Position numbers and translations under genes: made by a program. DNA of 63,582 nt, the filler included, from Octopus bimaculoides (lineage: Eukaryota): assembly GCF_001194135.2 (NCBI RefSeq). It is 6 parts of 6 records of this genome, joined end to end, with 100 filler letters (N's around TTAATTAATTAA, not from the genome) between each part and the next. Parts side by side here need not be neighbours in the genome. Positions count along the whole stretch, not along the records: positions 27,388 to 42,778 come from NC_068994.1; positions 42,879 to 50,623 come from NW_026411418.1; positions 50,724 to 59,522 come from NC_068984.1; 3 more parts are not named here. One strand, given 5' to 3'. The notes under the pieces are model-generated. The model worked only from the letters and a program-made list of their open reading frames with translations, did no database searches and had not been told where the DNA came from. Shown in pieces: positions 38,718 through 51,737 of the stretch. How positions within the stretch are numbered: the first letter of the stretch is position 1; every line of letters starts with the position of its first letter.

Positions 38718-41714
38718 CATACGTATGGAGAGAGAGAGACAGATAAGACACTGGAGAATGTTATCACTTGGTGATTTCCCAGAAGTATTGGAAATATTTC
38801 ATGTAACAGTAATTGAGAAGAAGTTAAATAGATTATGTAATTTTTCAGTGTTTAAGCTGAAGCAAATCCTGATTCTTTTTCCTTTGGTTGACTTAAAAAT
38901 GGTGCTAAAAAATATCAACAAAGTTGTGGAAATGAAATGAAAAATCTATTAAAATGGTTATTATATGTTCTAACTTGAAGAATATCGGTAACTGGATGCT
39001 AAAATGTTGAAGAAAATAAAAATTGTTTTGAAAAGTCTCAAAAGTTTTGAGAAAAATAAATTGAATAGTGAAAGAGAATAGAAAACAGTAACACTTTTGT
39101 TTTATGTTAATCTGTCTTATCCCAATTTACATTAAAGTGGGGTATTAATCCAATTTGGAGAAACAGTTAAAGACTGTTAAGAACTATATAGGTATATATT
39201 AAAAGCAAAAGATATGAGGCTGCAGGTGAAGGACCAATAGTTTTGAAATTGCAATTCTGAAGTAGGTTTTAAATCTATTATTCTTTTAGTGGACTCAATT
39301 ATCAGACTGCAGTTGCTTGACAGAATTTTTCAGGTGTTGGACAAAATACTTTGCAGTATTTAGTAACAGTTCTTTACTTTCTGAGTTCAAATCCTGTTGA
39401 AGTCATTTTTGTCTTTCATCCTTCTAAGGTCGTAAAATAAAATCCTAGATAAATACTGGAGCCTACCCTACAATATTGTGTTTATTTGTGCCAAGGACAG
39501 AGACCAAAATTAGGTTTGCATAGGTAATTTCTTAGAAGGATAGAAACAAGGGCAGAATAAATGCACAATAAAAGAGATTGGTTCAAGTAAAATTTCTTTG
39601 AGGGTTTGAATTACAAAACAGCTTTGATGACCGAAACTAAAAATGAATATGATGTGAATAAAGCAACAAGTTGATATGGCTGATATTTCACCCTAACATA
39701 ATTTTTCAGGTTTTATAGTGAAACACCAAAAAAAAAAAAAGAAAAACAAAACAGTCTGAGAAAAACTGGAGACAGCAGTGGTTTGTCAGCAAAGATTTTT
39801 CAATATAGTTCTTGCGTTTGGATAAATCTGTATGCTACAAAGAGTAGGGGAATTTAACATTCTAGGATGGACTCTGCATTTGAGAAGGGAGCTTTCAACA
39901 AAAAGAGGTCAAAGAAATTACAGTTTTTCTTCCACCTCACAATTGTGTGAAAGCTTAACAATAATCAAGAATAGGTACATAAAATAACCAGATATGGAAA
40001 AAACTGGGAAGTTGACATATGTTGTTGTCTAGTATGATAAACTATGTTTACATCTCAAACTTTATCATTCCTGGCATTGTTAGTGCATCTCTTGTGAAGA
40101 AGATAGTGTAGGAGGGTTGGCTTCTCTAGAGCAATAAACATGCATCACTTGTTACTTATTTAATTTATAGGATTCAAATCCTTCCTTGATCAATTTTGTC
40201 ATCCTCTTGGGGGTTGATAAAATAAAGTACCAGTTGAGTACTGGGGTTAGTATAATTATTTGTTCTTTCTCCCAAAATTTCTGGACTTGTGCCAATGTAA
40301 GAAATCAATTCTATTTAATTTTGTATTAAACGCTCAATGAGGTGCATGTGATTGGCTCTTTCTAATTAATAACCCATTTCTAGGCATTTTCATAAGTCTT
40401 GCATGAAATTTGTTTTGGGGTAATTCTAGGCTCTTTCTAACTAGTATTCTAATTCTAGGCACAGTTTTATGAGTTTTTGCATGAAATTTATTTTTGATTA
40501 TAAACATTGCTGAAAATCTTTGTTTACAAGTCAAGAGGAATAGCAAAAGGCTTTTCACACATTTTTTTTACACACATGAGTTGTGTTTATAGCTGGTTTT
40601 GATTACTTCAAAATTTCTGTTTTTCATAAACCTCACACAACCCTCATCTTCTCTTGTGTAACCTGGTTTGAGAACATGCAGCCAAGAATATGGCAAGATG
40701 AATTCAAACACCCAGACTTCTATAATGCAGCAGCACCATTGAAAATAACAAAATTAATAAAATATTTATTACGTTAATTATAAATCTATGCTGATTTCCT
40801 CCTTAAGTTGCTCCAACTGTCAGACTGTTCTTTCCTTTTACAATGCCATATAATATCAATCAGGAGTGCAGGGTGGAGATTAACAACTTGGAAGAGGTCA
40901 TGCGATTACCAATACATGGACTGCTTAAATTAATATGCTAATGATAGCATGATAACTTTTATTTTTATCTACAGTTTTCATTTTTCTTTTTCACTATTTG
41001 AACATGGATTGGATGGTTCTATAAATTTGGATATTTTATGCACTATTGGAGCTGATGTCTTTACAACTGAATGCTCTTTCTAACATTTCAACCAAGAAAT
41101 TGCAATGGAGCTGGTTGGCTAAGAAACTAGAATAATTAACATGACAATGAGATTGAAAAATAATTCAAAATTATAATCCTTAACTACTTTCAACAGCTAG
41201 TTTTAATGACTTTCATAAAATTAAGGCCAATTTTAGTTGATTTATATAAAATAATTTCAAACCAAAAATTTTTTTACAGTATAATAAAATCAATACATTT
41301 TCTCATTTACTCACTTAAAACTTTAAAATGTTTTCTATAAACTATTTATATCAATTAATTAAAAAAAATACCAGAGCAGTGTAACATTATAACTAACAAC
41401 TATTTTGCCACACTTGTTTCAGTGAATGTTGAAAATATAGACAATTGTGTAACACAGATGAGGATTCTTCTTAATGTTAGCAACAAGACTTCGAGGTTAA
41501 TGTAGGGTCTCTTTTCTGCTGATTCAACTAAATCTAATTGAATAATTTGCCTCATATATACACACTAAGAAAATCTGCACATGTCAATCATTACCATCCC
41601 ACTTTTTGTGCTTCTCTAAAATTTTAAGTGGACTTGACTGCTAATTTTAGCAGATCAAATAACCACATAGAGGCACTCTTATAGAATTCACAACATTATG
41701 TACATACTGGTTTC

Positions 41715-41925
41715 AAATTTTGGCACAAGGCCAGCAACTCTGGGAGATGGGGTAAGTCGATTATATTGACCCCCACCCAGTGATCAACTGATAATTTTGT
41801 ATTGACCCAGGAAGGATGAAAGGCAAAGTTGACGTCGATGGAATTTGAAAGCAGAACATAAAGACGGATGAAAAGCTACTAAGCATTTTACCCAAGATGC
41901 TAACAATTCTGCTAGCTCACTGCCT
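41715..41925 (-). mobile_element. SINE family A, CpG-decayed (further decayed copies at about 31575-31750, 38040-38300, 39310-39470, 40170-40310)
   Basis: ggcacaaggcc...ggaaggatgaaaggcaaagttgac...ctgctagctcactgcc. Confidence 0.8.
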
Positions 41926-42074
41926 TCATATTCGTGAATGAATGTTTTCAATTAGCTAGATATTATATTTTAGTTTGCATGTATGGGTACAAAGGCCGCT
42001 CAAAGAGAGAGATATGTGGACAATACCCAACATAGGCCACTTTCTTGGAAACCTAGTAAATTGTTAATGCTTAC

Positions 42075-42146
42075 ATATTTTCTGACTCCAAAAGAAGACT
42101 AACTTTGGTACATATTTCGGCAATGTTGTAGGCATATGGTCAAACA
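42075..42146 (-). CDS. Candidate 72-nt symmetric exon (x)FDHMPTTLPKYVPKLVFFWSQKI
   Basis: Minus-strand acceptor ttcaaattacag| and donor AT|GTAAGC; single open frame, phase 1-1; lies in the CpG-depleted domain. Confidence 0.25.
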
Positions 42147-42477
42147 CTGTAATTTGAAATAGTTTATTTATGTTTTCCACAAGACTTCTCAAACATATTC
42201 ATCAGATTTAAATTAGCATAACTGCATTTAATAAACTTGGTTTGGTTATTACTAGCATTAGTTCTGCCTTTTTTGGATGTCTTGGTTTTAACCTGAAGTT
42301 GGTGCTCTGATAGTGGTTTACTGATGGATGTCTAGATTATAGATCTTACTCTGTACAACATGCAATGTATTCGATAGTGTCATCATAAATTTCACTTTTA
42401 TATCAAATAGTTAACTGAAATTTGGTCTCCAATATCCCCCTTGATTTCTATATTACTGCAAATTTGAAGATGTATGT

Positions 42478-42778
42478 ATGTCATCATCATCATCGTTTAA
42501 CGTCCGCTTTCCATGCTAGCATGGGTTGGACGATTTGACTGAGGACTGGTGAAACCGGATGGCAACACCAGGCTCCAGTCTGATTTGGCAGAGTTTCTAC
42601 AGCTGGATGCCCTTCCTAACGCCAACCACTCAGAGAGTGTAGTGGGTGCTTTTACGTGTCACCCGCACGAAAACGGCCACGCTCGAAATGGTGTCTTTTA
42701 TGTGCCACCCGCACAAGCCAGTCCAGGGGCACTGGCAACGATCTCGCTCGAAAATCCTACAGGAGCCAGTCAGGCGGT
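42478..42778 (-). mobile_element. Young SINE family C (RTE-type, (GAT)n tail)
   Basis: catcatcatcgtttaacgtccgctttccatgctagcatgggttggacg...ctggatgcccttcctaacgccaacc; related decayed copies at about 27481, 29860, 32700 and 37735. Confidence 0.85.
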
Positions 42779-42965
42779 NNNNNNNNNNNNNNNNNNNNNN
42801 NNNNNNNNNNNNNNNNNNNNNNTTAATTAATTAANNNNNNNNNNNNNNNNNNNNNNNNNNNNNNNNNNNNNNNNNNNNTATCTACCTATCTATCTATCTA
42901 ACTATCTAATTAACTATCTATCTATCTATCTATGTATCTATCTGTCTGTCTGTCTATTTGTCTCT

Positions 42966-42997
<32 letters not shown>

Positions 42998-43964
42998 TTA
43001 TCTGTATGTTTGTCTGTTTGTCTCTCTATCTTTCTGTCTATCTATTTGTCTATCTATTGGTACACACATACACACACAAACATACACACACACACACACA
43101 TAAATATACATACACACACACATAAACACATTTATGTGGATATATCTTTGTATGTGAAAGTGTCTGCGAGTGTATGTATTTACATATGTGCACACATTGT
43201 ATGCATATATGTATGTGTATGTGTGTGCGCATGCATAAGACAGCTTAAGCGTGCAGTGTGTACATACATACAATCATTTTTGATGCATGTATATAATGCT
43301 ATGCACATTTGTTTTTGTATGTCTGTAATTAGGTTAATTAATTATGCTTCTTGTATCAAGGACTAAACGAAGAATAAAGGAACAAAACANNNNNNNNNNN
43401 NNNNNNNNNNNNNNNNNNNNNNNNNNNNNNNNNNNNNNNNNNNNNNNNNNNNNNNNNNNNNNNNNNNNNNNNNNNNNNNNNNNNNNNNNNNNNNNNNNNN
43501 NNNNNNNNNNNNNNNNNNNNNNNNNNNNNNNNNNNNNNNNNNNNNNNNNNNNNNNNNNNNNNNNNNNNNNNNNNNNNNNNNNNNNNNNNNNNNNNNNNNN
43601 NNNNNNNNNNNNNNNNNNNNNNNNNNNNNNNNNNNNNNNNNNNNNNNNNNNNNNNNNNNNNNNNNNNNNNNNNNNNNNNNNNNNNNNNNNNNNNNNNNNN
43701 NNNNNNNNNNNNNNNNNNNNNNNNNNNNNNNNNNNNNNNNNNNNNNNNNNNNNNNNNNNNNNNNNNNNNNNNNNNNNNNNNNNNNNNNNNNNNNNNNNNN
43801 NNNNNNNNNNNNNNNNNNNNNNNNNNNNNNNNNNNNNNNNNNNNNNNNNNNNNNNNNNNNNNNNNNNNNNNNNNNNNNNNNNNNNNNNNNNNNNNNNNNN
43901 NNNNNNNNNNNNNNNNNNNNNNNNNNNNNNNNNNNNNNNNNNNNNNNNNNNNNNNNNNNNNNNN

Positions 43965-44900
43965 CGAAAAATCAATTTATAACACATTTGCCCTTCCTCT
44001 TTTTATTTTTCACATTCATTGTTATGAATCAATTTTCATTCGTGAAATCCTTTGAAAATGAGAATGTTTAAATCTCAAGTTCAAAAATTTATATTTTCAC
44101 ACTCCGCAATGCACTTGAAATTTCGAAATTATGTGAAATAAATACACTTTTTGAATATGTTTACTTTATTATTTTTAATACTAGGTCACTGAATATATGA
44201 GTACACACAGTCTAGATTACACACCCATTAAAATAAAATTATGTGTAAACGAAGTTTTGATTCTTGACACATTTTGGTGATAAAAATAATTAACATTTCC
44301 AATTTACTCGCAATAATTCCGTGTAACTAAATAATATGAATCACTGTAGTGCATTCCTTTTCTTCCCAGTAATAAAGCCAATTAATTTTTTTTTGTAAAT
44401 AACAATTAGCATCACACTCTCAAATAAAGAATGGAACAGTCAAAGATTTGTTGCTTTGGAAATTTCTGAAACGACATAATGCTAATTGTTTGTTACATTC
44501 ATAATAGCTAAACCTAAAAAATTCTAATTGATTATTGTTGTATTATCTTTCAATTTGAAGTCCTTTTTTTTGACTCGAACATCGGAGTTTTTTTCCTCTT
44601 GATTCTATTCGACTCCTAATGAAACCATCTCAACTGTTCTCGCCACAAACATTAGATGATGCTTCTGTTACAAGTTTTACACATATCTCCACCGTTTGGA
44701 TGTGGCACGGCAGTTTTACCGGTTGCTTCAAATGCCGCTGTTGAATGAAGGTATCGATTTCTTCATCGGAAAATACCTGTGCTAGACTCGGTTCAGTAAC
44801 AGTAGTGCCCAGCCAGTTAATTATGTCCATGAAGTTTGAGGCAGCAAAGTTTAGGGAAGGAAATTTGAAAGGTCTCACAGATTTCCCTTTATACTGTGTT
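43965..44900 (-). mobile_element. DNA transposon remnant, C-terminal transposase (hATm-like) plus AT-rich subterminal sequence
   Basis: LPCHIQTVEICVKLVTEASSNVCGENS*DGFIRSRIESR resembles the PCHTQAVERCVKLVTEAS motif recalled from hATm/Cc8K15.2-like transposases; family assignment from memory. Confidence 0.6.
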
Positions 44901-45071
44901 CAAGCCTGCTTTATGCGCCTCTATTCTCGTTCTCGAGTGTGGCTCCATTCATCGTTTATCGTGGACAGCAAAATATCTTAGTTACAGGGACGTAAACACA
45001 CCAGCATCGGTTGTGAAGCGATGTTGGGGGGACAAACACAGACACACAAACATATACACACACACACACAT

Positions 45072-45120
<49 letters not shown>

Positions 45121-45653
45121 NNNNNNNNNNNNNNNNNNNNNNNNNNNNNNNNNNNNNNNNNNNNNNNNNNNNNNNNNNNNNNNNNNNNNNNNNNNNNNNN
45201 NNNNNNNNNNNNNNNNNNNNNNNNNNNNNNNNNNNNNNNNNNNNNNNNNNNNNNNNNNNNNNNNNNNNNNNNNNNNNNNNNNNNNNNNNNNNNNNNNNNN
45301 NNNNNNNNNNNNNNNNNNNNNNNNNNNNNNNNNNNNNNNNNNNNNNNNNNNNNNNNNNNNNNNNNNNNNNNNNNNNNNNNNNNNNNNNNNNNNNNNNNNN
45401 NNNNNNNNNNNNNNNNNNNNNNNNNNNNNNNNNNNNNNNNNNNNNNNNNNNNNNNNNNNNNNNNNNNNNNNNNNNNNNNNNNNNNNNNNNNNNNNNNNNN
45501 NNNNNNNNNNNNNNNNNNNNNNNNNNNNNNNNNNNNNNNNNNNNNNNNNNNNNNNNNNNNNNNNNNNNNNNNNNNNNNNNNNNNNNNNNNNNNNNNNNNN
45601 NNNNNNNNNNNNNNNNNNNNNNNNNNNNNNNNNNNNNNNNNNNNNNNNNNNNN

Positions 45654-45684
<31 letters not shown>

Positions 45685-46539
45685 AATGCACACATGCACG
45701 TGCACAAAATCTCCTGGCGTATGCTTATACAAGTTAGTTGTTGCAGGCAAAAGAAAGAGAAGGAAGCATTGAGTATGGGGAGGAGGAAGAAAACAGTGGA
45801 GAAGAAGAAGAGAAAGAGAAACAGAAAACTAGCGAGAGAAAGGGGGAGGGGAAATAGACAAAGAGAGTGAGTGGTACATAATGGCACTTACAAGTAAACA
45901 ACACCGTTTAAATACTTCATATAGCTTGCACAATGAGCACATAAAAACGCACACATAAAATTACATGAATATATCTACATAACTATAAATATCCATACAA
46001 ATATACACACCCATGGATACATATACAAGTATACAAAAATATATACGCAAATACATGCTCACATAAATAAAAGTATACATACAAACATGTACACATTTAT
46101 ATATGTATGCATATATATGTATATATGTATATATATATACATACACATATATATATACATATACACACATGCACATGTATACGTACATACACATGCATAT
46201 ACATACATATACATACCTACAACATAAATATAGATGTATTGAGACACATCTACAGTATAACGTATATAGCAAACAATTTTTTAAAAAACTGCATGGTGTG
46301 TATAATATTAAAATATAAAATATAAAATATGAAGTAATGAAATTGTAAATTAATTTGTTGTAACATAATTAAATACGTGAGTAAAAACAAAAATGAAATA
46401 AAATAATAAAAAATAAACCTCAGCAAAAGATTAAGCATAAAATTAAATTTATAAAACAGTTGAAAGCTTTCTTAAAGATTAAGTCGAAATATATACATCA
46501 TCGTTGCGATGCAAAATAACTATACCATGTAAAGCCAAA

Positions 46540-47040
46540 TTCAAATGCGACAGTCAAAAAAATATATTTTGAAAGCCAAAACATTTTACTCAAACGGCAT
46601 TTTGTCGGTTGACATTTTAAATTTTGTGGCATGCTTGCAGGAATTTAAGAGCTCGTGTCTCTGGTTCAAAGCGTTTTTATCCTGGAACAGGATGAAAAAC
46701 TTTTCTGTGAGGCAAAGATTACATTTCATAGGTCTTTTATGAGCTTCATTTCTGTATGCCGATGCTTTTTCTAGAGTTTTCCAGATTACATCGAAAGGAC
46801 AGGTGTCATTCTCTTTCAATTCCCAGACGTGCTTTGCGAGATTAGTCGCTGTCCTGTTCTCAGGGTTATTGGAAAGAACTTCGGTGGGAATAGAATTGTG
46901 TCTTGAATAAATTTTCTGAAGCCCCTGTATATGTTTTATATTCTTGCGAGCTATCTATTTGTACTTTGGCTCTATAAACAATACCTTTTTCAAGACATTT
47001 TCCTTCCAACAAATAGCATATATACGATGGGTTTCTCTCA
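46540..47040 (-). mobile_element. Penelope-like element GIY-YIG endonuclease domain (one frameshift)
   Basis: LEGKCLEKGIVYRAKV...KTYTGASENLFK...H then TATNLAKHVWELKE...VIWK...KCNLCLTEK...LNQRHELLNSCKHATKF. Confidence 0.9.
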
Positions 47041-47420
47041 GTTTCTGTCTCACAAAGCTTTGGTCAGCTTTGGTCTTTGGTCACAATCCACTCACAAGGC
47101 TTTGGTCAGCTTTGGTCTTTGGTCAGCTTTGGTCTTTGGTCAGCTTTGGTCTTTGGTCAGCTTTGGTCTTTGGTCAGCTTTGGCCTTTGGTCACAATCCA
47201 CTCACAAAGCTTTGGTCAGCTTTGGTCTTTGGTCATAATCCACTCACAAGGCTTTGGTCAGCACGGGGCTCATTAGTTCAGCATAGGTATTTTCTTTTTC
47301 CCTGATCTTCAGCTTTATGTTAACATCCACTGGGCAGCTAACTTGCTCAATGGGGCCACATAGTGGAACTTGAACCAAGAACCATGTCATTGGAAAGCAA
47401 GTTTCTTATCACACAGCCAC
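47040..47420 (-). mobile_element. SINE family B with an internal tandem expansion
   Basis: Family B head at 47340-47420; expanded ctcacaa.gctttggtca segment. Confidence 0.8.
47049..47261. repeat. Higher-order minisatellite: 17-bp unit GCTTTGGTCTTTGGTCA (x1, x5, x1) between four CTCACAARGCTTTGGTCA units
   Basis: Read directly from the sequence. Confidence 0.95.
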
Positions 47421-47916
47421 ACCGTACTATTTATAGTTTCCTTTATTTGAGTTTTAGAGTTTAAATCAAATTACCTACGCATATATCCACGTGTGAATAT
47501 AAATATCAGATTCCTTTAGCTACCATCTTGCACCTTTGTGAAGGTAACACCTGTAAGACATCTAACGAAGTGGCTCTCATTTGGCATTGGTTTTTCTATA
47601 ACCTCTATTTCTTACCAGCTGATGGCGCTTTCTGTCTTTTGTGTTGAAAGTACTTTGAGATGCAATGCCTTCTCAATTTGAAGAAAGTCACACATTCAAG
47701 ATGTATACGTTCAGATTTATTTGTTTTGCTTTATGCATGCATTCTCATGCATAGTGTTGTATATCTAGACTTGTTCATATATACTTGACTTTGTAAATGA
47801 ACAATCTGGTGTGTTTATTTTAATGGCCTACCAATGCATACAGTGAGTTTCTTTGCCCTAGGAGTCGAGAAGACACAAGGCAAAAAAATGGAAGCAAGAC
47901 TGAAAGAATAATAATG

Positions 47917-47947
<31 letters not shown>

Positions 47948-47959
47948 TGATCATAATAA

Positions 47960-48194
47960 TCCTTTCTACTGGAAGCACAAGGCTTCAAATTTGGGGGAAG
48001 GGATTAAGTCGATTAGATCGACCCCCAGTACTCAACTGGTACTTAATTTATCGACCCCGAAAGGATGAAAGGCAAAATCGACCTCGGCGGAATTTGAACT
48101 CAGAACGTAACAGCAGATGAAATGCCACTAAGCATTTTGCCCGGTGTGCTAACAATTCTGCCAGCTCACCATCGTAGTAATGATAATAATAATG

Positions 48195-48231
<37 letters not shown>

Positions 48232-48420
48232 TGATAATTCTTTCTACTAAAGACACATGGTGTGGAATTTTTGAGGAAAGGTCTGTTTGTTTACATCGAA
48301 CCCCTTGAGTTCAGCGGATACTTATTTCAGTGACCCCTAAAGAATGTGCGGCAAAGTTAACCTTGAGGATCAAAGAACTCAGAGCATTAAAAGTTAGAAC
48401 AAAAAGCTGATTGACAATTG
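47960..48420 (-). mobile_element. Two SINE family A copies separated by (AAT)n
   Basis: Consensus body 47960-48175; degenerate copy 48240-48420. Confidence 0.85.
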
Positions 48421-48676
48421 CCTTTTATGTAATCACACAGGTGATTGGTACCAAAAGAGAAAAAGAAAATAAGCAACAATAGCCTTAATCACAGATATGT
48501 GAAAGAAAGAGAGAACAACCAAGAGGAAGGTGTGAGAAAGCGTTTGAGTTTAGTCAGAAAATTGGGAGAATAAAAAATTAGATAATTTATTTATACTTAT
48601 GTTATACAATATTGTCGCTCAAAGATAGGTGGTTTGATGGGAATTGTCTGAAATATGCTAATGGCACTGGCTGCGC

Positions 48677-48684
48677 TATAAAAG
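48677..48684 (+). promoter_or_regulatory. TATA box (TATAAAAG) of the secreted-protein gene
   Basis: gcgcTATAAAAGgc, with an Inr-like CCAGT about 33 nt downstream (48709-48713) and a donor AAG|GTAGGC at 48813/14. Confidence 0.6.
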
Positions 48685-48710
48685 GCTAAGTGGGCTGGTT
48701 TTTATTTGCC

Positions 48711-48813
48711 AGTGTGTAGCTGTCTTCTATCTATCTCCTACCTTGTGTGTCGGTGTGAAACGGGTTCAATTTTCGTTTGAGCTACTCCCAGGAACTTTTT
48801 CTCAAAAAAAAAG
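48711..48813 (+). other. Predicted non-coding exon 1 (5' UTR) of the secreted-protein gene
   Basis: Starts at the Inr-like A downstream of the TATA box, ends at AAG|GTAGGC, contains no ATG; the next exon starts with an acceptor upstream of its ATG. Confidence 0.5.
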
Positions 48814-49130
48814 GTAGGCAAAGAGTTCTATTTACCCCCCACCCCACCCGGGCCCCACACCNNNNNNNNNNTCTCTCTCCTGTTCTTTCTTCCCTCTTTC
48901 TCCTCTCCCCTTTCGCTTTCTCCCACTCTTCTTTTTCTATCTGGTCTCTTGTTATCTTATGGTCCCTATTTTCAGTTTATTTTTATGTTTTTTTTTATGT
49001 TTAGTTCCCCGCCTCCACTTTTTAGCCCCTTTTCTTATCCCTTTTTTTGCTTTTTTATTTGCACATGCATACAAGTACTTGTTCATACACACACACGTAG
49101 ACACATTCGGATGTATGTACATCTGTCCCT

Positions 49131-49215
<85 letters not shown>

Positions 49216-49595
49216 TATATATATACATACTCACACACATATACACAGACATACAAACACACACACACACACACATATACATGTGTATAAATATATATTT
49301 ATATTTAATCAAATTTCTTTTGGTTTTTTTAAATAGCATTTTTATAACAACATTAATAATAGCCATTGTATCACAAAAGCTTCGATTTAAAAAAGTAGGT
49401 TTATTCAGTCAGAAAATATTTTTATATTCTCTTAAAGAAAAGTAAAATATTTTCTCTGCTTTTCATAAAAATAATTTCAACTGTCTGCATATTAATTAGC
49501 AACAGCAAGTCATAACGAAATCAAAACGAAGATATACATAGATACATACACATCCATTCTGATATATTATATATATATATATATATCTGCATACA

Positions 49596-49661
<66 letters not shown>

Positions 49662-50072
49662 CACCTACATAGATATATACATATATGTATGTGTATATGT
49701 ACTTATATATCTGTATATACCTATATATGTGTGTGTGTGTGTTTGCTGTATAAATTAAGGGTAACCCACTTTTTACCCCCATCCATACGTGACACTCAAT
49801 CATGAGAGTGCCGTGCAAGAACTAGCATGCCGCATCATTAGATATTTCACCGGTCTAGAATTCTAGAATTGGAAGAAATTTAGAAACAAAACAGATTTGA
49901 AGATTTTAGTTAATTTCCAAGTGTATATATATATATATATATGCATGTAAGAGTACGCATGTAAACAATAAGAGTGCATACACACGCACACACACATACA
50001 TATGTATGTATATGTATATATATATATATATGTATATCATTATCTTTTTTTCAATTTTTCAGACCTGAAAAA

Positions 50073-50109
50073 ATGTTTTTGCAGTTGCTATTGTTTGCTC
50101 TTGTAGCAG
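50073..50109 (+). CDS. First coding exon (exon 50063-50109): signal peptide N-part MFLQLLLFALVA, phase-1 end
   Basis: Strong acceptor tctttttttcaatttttcag|, A-rich Kozak aaaaATG, hydrophobic 12-mer, perfect donor CAG|GTAAGT. Confidence 0.8.
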
Positions 50110-50157
50110 GTAAGTAAATTATTGTTGTTTGGTCCAAGTGGTTTGTTTGCTGCTCAA

Positions 50158-50193
<36 letters not shown>

Positions 50194-50409
50194 ACTTCTG
50201 TTCATAAGAACACACATTACACAAAATATCTATTAATAATTATGTATTTTGTGCTTTGCATCCGCTGATCACCATAAATCACTTTTACATATGCTCATTG
50301 GTATGTTGCTAATATTGTATATAGACATGTCTATGTATATATACATGCATGTATGTATGAATATATGTATGTACATATCATGTATTATATGTGGATAAGC
50401 ACATACATA

Positions 50410-50625
50410 TACTCTTTTACTTGTTTCAGTCATTTGACTGCGGCCATGCTGGGGCACCACCTTTTAGTCGAGCAAATCGACCCCAGGACTTATTCTTTGT
50501 AAGCCTTGTACTTATTCTATCGGTCTCTTTTTGCCGAACCGCTAAGTTACACGGACATAAACACACCAGCCTTGGTTGTCAAGCGAAGTTGGCGGGACAA
50601 ACACAGACACACAAACATATACANN
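50410..50625 (-). mobile_element. SINE family B tail (intron of the secreted-protein gene; similar tail at 44945-45060)
   Basis: cttttacttgtttcagtcatttgactgcggccatgctgg...gaaccgctaagttac. Confidence 0.9.
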
Positions 50626-50873
50626 NNNNNNNNNNNNNNNNNNNNNNNNNNNNNNNNNNNNNNNNNNTTAATTAATTAANNNNNNNNNNNNNNNNNNNNN
50701 NNNNNNNNNNNNNNNNNNNNNNNCACACACACATGTACGCACACACACACACACATCCATTCAGATGCACAACATGAACACCTACACGGTCTAATTAAGT
50801 CTTAAAATTGGTCTAGCTTTAAAAGCGAGCTAACCTTGTTGTCCGTAAAAGATAGGGCAATATTGTGTGTGTA

Positions 50874-50916
<43 letters not shown>

Positions 50917-51360
50917 TCGCACACACACACATTCACACACACACACACACGTGTGTACTGGAAGCAAACTGATAAACAAACAAATAAACAAACAAAACCA
51001 CAAGAAAACCAAAGCCAGCCTTAACACATTGCCAGATTTCTGAAGCCGACACTTGAAATGTATGGTGTGGCGGACAGAAGATCGTAGTAGAGACTATAGG
51101 GGGTGTTTTACATCAGATTTCTTTTTCCCTTGGTAATTTCTCCACCCATCCCCCACGTATAATACCTATATTTCCAACGCCCTTATATTTACGTGTGTGC
51201 GTGAGTGTGAGCGATATAACATTGGTGCGTATGTGTAATTCTTGTATGTGCTTAATTGACAAGGAAAAAGCTTTTGGGTTCCTATCCGACATTTATTCAG
51301 TTCTTTTATTTATTATTTATTATTATTATTTTTGTTTTTGCTTTTGTTTTTTTGTATTAG

Positions 51361-51473
51361 CGGCATCTGGGGAGCAAAGGCTATCGGAGAGTTGTCTGTT
51401 AGTTAGTCACGCCAGACATTTCAATGGTGCCTGCTCTCAACTGGCTGGGACATTTCGTCGGCGAGTTAGTTGG
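51361..51473 (+). CDS. Second coding exon: (A)ASG|EQRLSESCLLVSHARHFNGACSQLAGTFRRRVSW, end of signal peptide and start of Cys-containing mature region
   Basis: Long T-tract acceptor ...ttttgtattag|, perfect donor TGG|GTAAGT; only the phase-1 frame is open, matching the upstream exon, and it completes an A-S-G signal peptidase site. Confidence 0.8.
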
Positions 51474-51737
51474 GTAAGTGGTATTGTGGTCCGCCTCTTG
51501 GATTCGTTTTGGTGGTTTGGTGTGGTTTGGTTTAACGCAACGTGATGGTAGTTGTGGGTGGATATGATTTATAAAAGGAATAATTTTTATTGTTAATCTT
51601 ATTGTTGGTGGTGTTGTTGGTGTTATTATTTTTATCATCATCATCATTATTATTATTATCATTATTATTATTATCATTATTATTATTATTATCATCATCA
51701 TTATTGTTGTTGTTGTTGTTGTTGTTGTTCTTGTTAA

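Noticed and set aside
47049-47261. Repeat-spacer-like array resembling CRISPR
   Set aside because: No unique spacers, derived from SINE sequence, eukaryotic context, no cas genes
47619-47871. Minus-strand splice-like signals (CTG|GTAAGA; strong acceptor before GGCAAAG)
   Set aside because: Joining them creates a stop; no coherent reading
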